From assembly GCA_039545335.1 (NCBI GenBank), contig BCIN01000006.1, positions 620,001 to 684,000 on the forward strand: a DNA stretch of 64,000 nucleotides. The letters are read 5' to 3'. The translations under genes and the position numbers were made by a program. Under the pieces are notes generated by a model. The model ran no database searches and was not told the origin of the DNA. It saw only the letters and a list, made by a program, of their open reading frames with translations. The stretch comes from Kondoa subrosea. Its lineage: Eukaryota. Below are positions 54,241-64,000 of the stretch, in pieces; the stretch's first letter is position 1; every line of letters begins with the position of its first letter.

Positions 54241-55847
54241 TTAATCACCTTTATCGCCTACTTTCCTTCTGCCTACCATTCCACTGCCTGTTCCATCCAT
54301 TTGTCCGAACGCAGCATTTGGTCGCATAGCTACATTAGGATTCACTACCGATCCGCCAGTATCTCTCACCTGTACACCGATCAGATACGTTGAACACAGA
54401 GTGTTCAGACTCACCGCAGACGGTTGCTTGTATGGCTGCTGCGCTCGGTAAGGTGAAGAGAATTGAGATTGATACGGTCTAGCTTGAGCTTGCCAACGCG
54501 GTGCAGCTGCTTGAGGCATGCTTGAGTAAGCATTGGGTGTAGAAGACTTCTTTTCTGCTGAGCTTTGCGAGAGTAGGCGCCGTATTGAAGGATTTTGTAT
54601 GAGTTCTGTGAGGCACCAACGATCCACCCAATATCAGAACACTCCGAATAGGATTCAGTCAGCCTCACCTGACACCTTTATCGCACAGAACAATACTGGC
54701 ATTCGCTTAGGGAAATATTTCCAGTTTGCAGCTGTTCGAGTTCCGCCTTGTTCTGCAGGTAAAAGATCTGATGTGGAGTCGGCCGAAGGGAGTGGTTTGG
54801 CTATCGAGGCAAGAAGAAGCATGAAAGGGAAGCTCAACGAGAAGAGCGAAAGGTTGATGAGAGGCGAAGAGTGGAAGAAGGAGATGAGTGTGCAGGGAAA
54901 GCCTGAACGCATGTCTAAGCAGTTTGACATTACCGTAACGCAAGGGATACTCACCGAAGCCAAGAAAGTACGGCCAGCGCTCTTCTAAGCTGTAAGAAGA
55001 GATCTTAGATCAAGCCCACAAGTGACTTCCATGTTCCCACTTACAATTTCGCCCTTTCCTGGAAAGACATGCCCTTGGAGCTGGTCCATATGTATCTGTA
55101 GACCGAAATACCATCAAGCTGAAGCACCCAGATAGCTTTATCTGGCCTACTCGAAACAATAATACGCGTCTATTAACTCGATCAGCTTCAGCTTTTCGAC
55201 ATGGCAGAGATGCTCACCTATGATACAGAAGAACAAGAAACTCAACAACCATCCAATCAAAGGTATCCGAAACAGCAACGACGAGACAATGAAGCATTGT
55301 ACTATCACTCCAGTCCTCGCTAATCCATTCAAGACTTTTGTCTGCATGCTGTCTCCTTCTGAATGTATTCCATGTCGTTCTGCTTGTATACGAGCACCAT
55401 CTTGGGATTGCGAAACTCGAGCATTGGCTGATCCAGCAAAGAAGAACGAAAGACCGAATAATCTAAAAGCTCAGCATCTCAGCTTTGTATTCGCGTGCGC
55501 GAGAGGTAGAAGACGAACGGCCAGAGCCATAAGAGCTTAACATAAGTGTGCACTTGTCCAGCTTGCAACCCTTTCCTAGCCAATTTGGGTGCAATGATAA
55601 AATCCAATGCTATAGTCGAAGCCAGTAGGACTACTTGCAGTAGAGTTGACTTGAGAATGTTGGATTGGACTCTTTTGTCCTCTGAGATGAGTTGCAAAGC
55701 TCGTTTGATTTGACAGGCGTCGGAGATCCCAGCTCTCATTTGCTGGAAAGCAGCTTGAAACGTCTCCCCTGGACTCAGCGTAGACCGATACGAGTCTCCT
55801 CCTCCATTCGATAGAGAAGGTGTCCATTGCTGCTGTGCCGCATACAT
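54241..55847 (-). CDS. EI24 (etoposide-induced 2.4)-family membrane protein
   Basis: LWLWPFVFYL; IPLIGWLLSFLFFCII|DAYYCFE; GFGLP-like SGFPCTLISFF; LFSLSFPFMLLLA. Confidence 0.7.
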
Positions 55848-55911
55848 TCGGGCGGTCGTCAAGAGGAAGAGTACACGTAATAATAAATGCATGGAAGTCG
55901 TGATAGTACAA

Positions 55912-57064
55912 TCAATCTAGGACCAGCCCTTCGTCGTATGGATGTCTAGCCAAAGCGTCGTAAAGCTCTTCAGGTAAATCCGTCAAGAAGCCAACAGAGA
56001 GAATAATGCATTGTCTCGCTTGCAAAGGAGGCATGCTTCTCAGCAACGCCATCGGTCTGCCCTCGAGCTCAGTGCTGTCGAATGATAACAGTGCAAGAAG
56101 AACGTACGACTTGCTCGACAGTAGTTCGTCGCGCATCAGGAAGAGTTGAGCGACCACACAAAGAATGTTCATGTGCACTCCATAAGCGAGAAGAAAGTCC
56201 CATAGGTGTAGAACTTGTGACAGAGGCGGTGTGCAAGCGCAGAAAGTGAGGACAGCTGTACTGTGGTTGAGTCATATTCTGAACTTTAAAGTGAGCGGGA
56301 CTCACAAGGAAAAGCATAGATTTCTGCTTGTAAGTTCTTAGACCGTAGAAATGTGTACAATTCTGCATCAATGATCGCCAAGCATCGATCGACCAGCTAT
56401 GAACGGATTAGCAAGAAGCTATGGCATACGCGATTATCTCACCTTGAGCCCTCTGTGAACGCCTTCAAGCGTAGGCTGAACGTAAAGCGGACAGCAATGT
56501 TCGATGAAGCTGGAGAAGCAGTGAAACGCCTCTAATTCTGAAGGAAGAGTATATAAAAAGGGTGCGGCCAAGACGTTCATTCCTTGGACATATGTAAAGC
56601 CCATAGAAGCAGTGCTTTCTGCTCAATCTTCAGCCCTACATCTTCACAAAGAGCTGTTAACATACCACTACCACGCCAAACAAACGCGTCTAGTAACCTT
56701 ACTAAACGATCTTCTCCTACTTTGTTTCTGAATTCGACATCCGTCGCCAGTGTACGAAAAGTATCATTCCGGATCTTGTCATAGGCGAAAGAAGGTTCTC
56801 GTTGAACCAGATTGTAATACGATAAGGGAGAAAGGGTAGAAGGTAGGCGCAACAAGAGCTTCCACAGCAAAGGCCGCTGTTCTTGATTCTGAACGAGAAA
56901 CGAAAAGAAAACAGAACTCAGGGTATATTCACAAAGTAGAAAGGGGTATGCCGCACTGATTCTGGTAAACCTTCAGTCAATATAAGCCTTCGAACTTTGC
57001 TCAACCGACTTTCGTTTGAGGATTTTGATGAACGAGTAAAGAGCTTTTCCAAGTCTGGATTCAT
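55912..57064 (-). CDS. BUB2: Mitotic checkpoint TBC-domain GAP Bub2/Cdc16
   Basis: VRRLILTEGLP; RPLLWKLLL; YDKIRNDTFRTLATD; YVQGMNVLAAPFLY; LWDFLLAYGVHMNILCVVAQL. Confidence 0.92.
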
Positions 57065-57448
57065 TGTTTAAGGTATATAGCTATGTTATTATATGTGTGT
57101 GTGTTTGTAGGAATGCAACGCAATGCCGTAAAAAAGCAGGAACCTCGTCGCAAAACGAGCGAGGTGATCTTCGCTGATTCTGGCCTAGAGGGTCGTTCTC
57201 TTCGATCTTGCCCTCTATGGAATCTATAACCCGTTGTGTGGTCGCGTTATAGGATTGAATAAGAGCTTTCTTTCATTTGTATTGGTTCAGGAGCAAGGAT
57301 TGAAATCTGAGGTCATGCGGATTATCGGACCAGCCGAAGGACTGACAGTATCTCAATGTACTATGGCAAGTGAGTAGGACGATTGGAAGATGTCGCAAAT
57401 CCAATGCACTGCATCCGATTCTGATCTTCTGCAAGTTGCGGAACTCTC

Positions 57449-58833
57449 TCATGCTTTCGACACTCGACTACAAGCAGCTTTGTGCCCTCCCTTCCAGTCT
57501 GATGCCGATCTTAGTGGATATCAAGTGAAACATAGAAAGAACAGCTCACGTTTTGTCTGACAATCCACAGAACAGCTGAAAACGAATGTCAGCATCTTCA
57601 GACTGCACGAAGACCTTTCAACACACTACATTGCAACCTTGTCGAACTGCATTTTGCAGTCAGCGCAATTCCAACCTGCATCTGTGTAAGACACTTACGC
57701 TGCATAGCTTGAATTCGGCTTGCTTGTCCTTCTCCTTAATATCGCACTTCCCACAACACACGCATGCCTGCCCTCAGTGTCAGAACAATTTCCTTTAAGT
57801 GCAATAAAGAGACAGAGCTCACTCGGATTGGTAAACAACGATAAGCAGCCGTTTCCCCTCCATTGAAGATATCTAATCTCTCTTGCAAAGGTAATCGCAT
57901 CTGTCTAGCGACTTCGTCCGATCCCAATATTGGTAGCATCATTCCCATAACTATTCCAACAAGTTCACTTCAAAGCACAAATATGAGTCAAACCCTCATG
58001 GTGAAAATGATATCAATTTCGCACCAAGTTTCCAGTAAACGTTCGGTAATTTGCATACACAAAGCTTCTTCTCCTCTATTAGGGTTGTCTCGTAGCTTCC
58101 AAGCCAGTAATTGCGATGCATGAATAATGTCACGGACTTGAGGAGTTGGGTAGATATAAGGCGCTTGAGAAGTTTGCTGCATAACTCCATAACAGATCAA
58201 AGGATGTCTTGACTACATTGATTGTATCATGACACTAGAAAGAGAGAAGATAAGGGAAACCAAGTACCCAGAAAGTACCCAGAGTAAGGATCTGCAGGTG
58301 CAATTGAGTGACAACAGCTTCCAAAGGCACGGGCATAGTTTTGCTCATTTCTAGATAGGTCTGGTTACGAATCTTGATAGTACGAATGAGAAGACAATAG
58401 ATTCTTTCCACAACAGGCTGAGGGAATCCTTTGCAATAACCAGTTTCGTGCACTATCTCAGCTAGAAACATGAGGCCGCCGTCCAAAGCAGTCTGATCCA
58501 GTCCATCATGCCTTGTTTTCCCTTTGTAGCCTGCCGGAGTGTCTAGCTTGTTGATCGCTTGTTCACATTGATCCAATACTTCCGTCAAGTGCTCAGAAAA
58601 CAGTAGTCGCGCAGATATGGTAGTCAGCCAAGACTCGTTGCTGTCTTGTGCCAGTCCGTAGACTTTTATTGCATCCAGCGCTGCTTGAAATTCCTTTCGA
58701 CCAATCAGACGCAGGGCAGACTTCGCTCTAGACGAGATGTGTTGACCCGCTTTGTATCATCTTCTGCAATAGCATTACGCATTCCTTCTAGACGGTTTTC
58801 CAACGCCCGGGGAGTCTTAACAGAGGCAGGCAT
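57449..58833 (-). CDS. Protein with C-terminal MYND zinc finger (start approximate)
   Basis: Exons in ORFs 58705, 58235, 57988, 57736; C-terminal ACVCCGKCDIKEKDKQAEFKLCS|...CSVDCQTK|HWKGGHKAACSRVSKA*. Confidence 0.7.
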
Positions 58834-59003
58834 CTTCTGTGTGCACAAATGGTGGTAAAGAGAAAAGCAAAGGATGATTATCTGTCGATGATTGCATAAG
58901 GTCATAAAGACAATATTGTTGTCAGTTCCGAATAGGCTAAACATAATGCATTTCGTTCGCGCAGACAATGATATACCAGCTGCATTACTCCTCGTTCCAC
59001 CTT

Positions 59004-60209
59004 TCAACAGTATCGATCACTGATTAGAGACATTAGCTTGTTTTCATTCGTATCAGGCAGAAATGCCGACCTTTTCAGCTTCTTCCGCCTATCAAGCATA
59101 GCCTCAGCAACTGTGATGATTGTCAGCCACAATTCCCGCGCGATAAGATCAGACGCACTTCTGCCCTCTTTGCGCGCTCTCTTCAGCTCTGCTTTCTCTT
59201 CCGTAGATGTGACTAATCGACCAGCTCCTCTAGCTTGCATATTCATAATCATCTTCACTCATTGTCAGCGTCATGTCTCGGTTAATCATAACGATCTCAC
59301 CTTATTCTCTACTTCCTTCAGATCGCCAGAAATGACTACCAAGCCATCATCAGTTGCCTTAGTTTTCCTCTCCATCTGTTGCCTCTTTTCCAACTCTCCT
59401 TTAAACTTAGCTTGCATCCTAACAAAGAACAACTCGTCTTGTCCAACTTCTTCTACATCTCCTCGATATTCCAATTTCCCACCAGCAACTTCATCAATAC
59501 TCAAATACTTGTTGTAAAGAACTGATTTTAAAGCGTATTTAGGTTCAACAGTAGCTACTGATTTTCCTTTTATTGAATTCGCTACTGGAGCAAAATCGGT
59601 TTCTGGAATAAGTTCGAATTCTTCTTGTGCTCCTCTAGCTTCTGAATCTGCTGTTACTGCTCCATGTCGATCAATAGCGAGATAGCGATCTATAACCCGA
59701 TAGTTAGTGAACATCTTTGCAATCATACATTGTAAGAGCCTCACTATTGGCTGAACGAAGGGTGAACTTGGTTTCGGATTCAGGTATACTGTACATTTTC
59801 ATCAGCTCAACAATAGTTCGGAACTATTACCGAGCGTATGAACGCACCGAGTGCATACAAAGACATGATTCACATCAGCTGGATCGTCCATCAGATCATG
59901 ATCTTCCTCGAAAGCATGGGCGTTGATTCTGTTAAGTGAAGGGTTGATAGCAACACATGTAGCTGGTATTCCGCTAGAAGTAGGTGGGTGCAAGATATAT
60001 ACTGCGGTCGATCCAAGTCTGTCTTAAGCCCTGCAGCAAGCATAAATAGAGCGTAGGAACGCACAAGGACCATGAGCGTGTAGAGCTGTAGGCGCATGTA
60101 TCCAGCCCTCGACGTCGTCTGCTTGTTCTTGACCTTCAGTATTCTCTGCCACTTCTCTGTGCTTCCTCTTCTTCTTCTTGACAGGCTCGCCCTTGAATTT
60201 CAACACCAT
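59004..60209 (-). CDS. FRG1-like protein
   Basis: MVLKFKGEPVKKKKRKH; RYLAIDRHGAVTADSEARGAQEEF; ELKRARKEG; EAMLDRRKKLK|SDRYC*. Confidence 0.88.
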
Positions 60210-60741
60210 TGAATAGTCCCACGTGAGGTATTAGCTTCAAATAGGTATCTGGCACTTCTGGCCGTTCGTTGGCAAGAACTCGCTTTTCTTATTCGACGAT
60301 GCGTTCGCTTAATGGTGGCAGCATATACAGCTGAGATATGATGCTCATGACTTGCTACAAGTTACTATCTCTGTCGCTGCCGAGCAATCACTGGCTCTTC
60401 CACCGAAGCTGTCTTCTGATCATCTTGCTAATGCTCTGGACGACTTCTAGATCTGTCGCTACAGTACTGCCAATCCTCCACTAGCGCTGCTTCCATGACT
60501 CTTTTCTTGGTGCCGAGTCAAACAAACCAAGCATATCTCATTCCATAGTTACCAGAGCACGGCTTCCGTCCCCTCTATATTTTTGACATCTGTACTCCCT
60601 TTGTGTTCCAAATTCAACTTTCCTCGGCTGGCGTCTTGACAGACAGTACGACATCTCGTGTTCTCTTCTTCTTCTTGACTGCTCAGGTTCAAAGCTGTTC
60701 ATAAGTTTGCAGCTCTTGCTCCTGCCCTTCGACCTCGCAAG

Positions 60742-63282
60742 ATGATATTACTACACTTCCTTCTCATTCTCGCCACTACATTCTGTCTACCTGCTCTAGC
60801 TGAACCAAAAGCCCGGAAATTCCATGTAGACAGAAAACATCACAATCAAGGTCAGACTCTTCCTGATGGTTCTGTAAACCCTGCTTTTTTACATCGAGAT
60901 CGACTTCGAATGAGAGCAAAAGTGGAAATCAATAAAGTCAATATGGCGAAATATTTAGCTAAAAGAGGGATGAAACATGAACGTGAATTGAATGAAGAGA
61001 TGGAAATCAGGAAACGAGAGTTGAAGAAAAGACAATCGGATGCTACGGTTGACTTGACTGTAGGTGAGTAATGTTGTTGCTATTCTTAGTAATGAAAGGA
61101 GCTGATTCATTGTTTTGCATAGACTATCAGGATGGGTGAGTTGCTATTGAGTGATGCAGCTATATAAGCTAAATTCACGCATCTAGCATCGACTCTTCTT
61201 ACTGTAAGTCTTGTCATCTGATCATGTGGTTTTCTTCTGAAACTTCGCAGATGGAACGATCCAAATTGGCACGCCTGGTCAACCCTTCACTATCGATTTC
61301 GAGTGAGTCGTTATAAGTAAAGCTAGAGTATAGCTGATTCACTATAGTACTGGATCCTCTGATCTATGGTACTTTTCCCGGGAGTATTCGACCTGCACAT
61401 CTAACGAGTGCTATTTAGGGTTCCTTCATCCACTAGTCAAGGCAGGAACTCTGGTACTGGATTGGGTTTAGCTGCATCGACTGCTCAATACGACACCTTC
61501 TCGACAGCCAAATCTTCGACCTTCCAAGATCTTCAACAACCTTTTCGTGAGTCCTGTTGCATAAACTTGATATAGCGTTTCTCATTATCCAGCAGAGATC
61601 ACCTATGGATCCGGTTCTATCGGTGGTGAATTGATCTCCGATACTGTCACTATTGGGGATCTCAATGTCACTGCGCAAGTAAGTTGAATCGGCACTCATC
61701 TCGATATAACCTGACGAGAGGATAATCAGCCTTTGGCACTTGCTACTGTTTTTCAAGGTCAATGGAGCGCTCCCTGGAGCGGTTTGATGGGTATGGGAGT
61801 AAGTGATATGCTACTTCAACTTTCTTATAAGCTGATGACACGCTGTATAGTTTCAATCGCTCAGTACAACGGGCCAAAAGAACGTCTTCGAGCGCTTAGT
61901 GGAAGATGGACAACTGAAACAGAACATATTCACTTTTCATCTTGCCAGAGGAAGAGACAGTGTCAAGTCATCCAAGAAACGATCTCTCCCTCATCAAGAC
62001 ATGAAAGCTTACCGACCTATGAGACGCCCTTGGAAGACTGTCCCTGATGCTTTTAACCCTGCTGTACCGTCTGCTGTCGAAGATGCGCAAGAGTTAGCTC
62101 GAGGAGATGGTCAAGGTAGTCACTCAAGATTCAGACCAAATCAATCCGGTAATACAGCTGGAAGTGGTTCGAGCATAGAAGATGGCACATTGACAGAAGA
62201 TTCTGGGCTATCAAATCATGGCGAAAATCGAGCTCAACCTCAGACCGGTAGCGGCAGTCAGGTCGAACAAGGTCAAGCTGGGCAAGGTCACAGTCAAGGT
62301 AGCTTAAGCGGCGGTGGTGTTGGAGGTCTACTCCCAGATGCTGAAAGCGACCAATTGGTGCCAGGTGGTTCATTGACTTTCGGGGCTGCCGATTCTAGGT
62401 AAGAGCAAAAGCTCCGTCAATTGAGGTTTATGAAATTCGGAGTATAGCACATATCAAGGCGACATCGTCTACCAGGTATATTTTACGTATTGCTATCCTG
62501 CTATGTCTTAATGCTTCAACTAGAACCTTGCGCAAGCGAAATATTGGATGATTTCGCAGCAGGGGCTCACTAATAATGGACAAGCAATTGCTGGCACTCA
62601 ATCGCTAGCTATCATGGACACCGGCACAACACTCGTTTATCTCCCCAACAGCGTAGTCAGAAGTCTCATGAGCGCGATTGGCGGAACTTCTGCACAAGTA
62701 TCCGAAGGCTCAACATATTACTCAATGCCTTGCAATGACATTCCCAAGACCAAACTTGGTTTCTCTTTTGGCGGCCAAACATTCGATTGGGATGCAGAGG
62801 ATCTAAGTCTCGGGCAAGCTGCTGCTGGTTCGACGGAGTGTATGCTAGGTATAGTAGGTGATGACACTGTGAGCAGACTATTGTCAGTACAGGTCCGTCG
62901 GGCTTATCTCTCTGCAGATTGTCACTACAAGCGGGCAAAGCTTCGGCATCTATGGAGATGTCATGATGAAGGTGTGCGACTTTCACTGCTACCCATGCTT
63001 CTTGCTGATGGCAGATGCTAGAGCGTTGTTAGCATCTTCGACTATGACAAGGAGCGAATTGGAATGGCAGCAGTCAAAGGCTCTACTAGCTCTGTCTCTT
63101 CTTCTGGGGGTTCAGCTTCGACTAGATTGCCTAACGGAACAGGCGTGAAAACGCTAGCAGCTTCTGAACAGACTGCTCGAAATCGCCCAAAAGACGCTGT
63201 GGACCTTAAGGGATCGGCTTCAAGGGTTGTTTCTGGTTTAGGTTGTTTGACGGTTGTGTTAGTGTATGTTTTGGTCTTGTAA
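60742..63282 (+). CDS. Secreted pepsin-family (A1) aspartic protease, probably GPI-anchored
   Basis: Signal peptide and propeptide; GTIQIGTPGQPFTIDF|DTGSSDLW; ITYGSG; AIMDTGTT; GIYGDVMMK; hydrophobic C terminus. Confidence 0.92.
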
Positions 63283-64000
63283 AATAGCGATGCAGAGAAA
63301 TACGAATGTGATATATACAAGATCAGACTTTAATTTTCCGATCACCTAATGTATCGCATTGGCGGCAAAGACTGCGGATTGGCCAACATTTTTCTGCGTT
63401 GAATCAGATGAGGCTTGTTATCGAGCAGAGGATAAGCGCTTACGCCATCGGCACTTTCCAGTCGAGCACGAATCTAGCAATCAGGTTAACACCCATTGTC
63501 ACAAGCTCAGCAGTATGCTCACCTCTAAACCAGAAAAGCAAACTGCGACTCGGAATTCCAGGTGCCAGAATGTACTGCCACCGTCATGGACTTTCTTCCA
63601 AGGTATTTGTTTGGGATCGCAGGTAATTGTGCCGAGTGAGATGATATGATCTAAATCTGTACCATCTGCGTTCACATGAATCAGTTGGCATTCGCACAAG
63701 TAGAAGATTAAGTTTACTCTCGTCTGAAGTCCAGCCAGGCACGGTATGACTAGTCGAGCAGAGCAACTCAATCGTCACATCTTCTAGTTCCTGCTTGCTA
63801 GTATATTGTCTCAGATATGGGAAACCAATATACTGATCTCCGGTTGATACAGTGTCCTGCTCAAGTTGGCCTATGTCCTATGGATTGACAGGACACGAGG
63901 CGAACCTTGGTGATCAAAGGCGAGAAGCCACCACTGAAGAATATTGTTGTAAGTCAAAGCCAGAATAAGGTCAACACAGAATGACATACTCGATGCGGAA

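Noticed and set aside
63359..64000. Short ORFs and a possible exon (63852-63948) at the window end
   Set aside because: No recognisable product, and too little context to support a gene call.

Overview
Gene-dense, intron-rich eukaryotic (fungal) genomic DNA with many ~50-nt GT-AG introns and CTRAY-type branch points. The gene content suggests a basidiomycete, probably a Pucciniomycotina-like yeast (inference). About 28 protein-coding genes are recognisable, including PAN2, MTHFR, APC15-like, NSE1, methylisocitrate lyase, TXNL1, a GH13_5 amylase, NUF2, a CFEM protein, ERF2, two Zn2Cys6 factors, DDX41, NOP2, two MFS transporters, a SnoaL-like enzyme, an AA9 LPMO, PRP38, CAF-1A, EI24, BUB2, a MYND protein, FRG1 and an aspartic protease. 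The standout is the duplicated region at 10.1-14.6 kb. It holds two tRNA-Gln(UUG) genes interrupted by mRNA-type (spliceosomal-looking, GT...AG) introns. Both carry a 56-nt intron at position 25/26 plus a canonical 16-nt tRNA intron at 37/38. One copy has an extra 51-nt GTGAGT...CTGAC...ACAG intron in the T-loop that splits the Pol III B box, and the other copy lacks it precisely. Gene boundaries were read by eye across introns and are approximate where stated.
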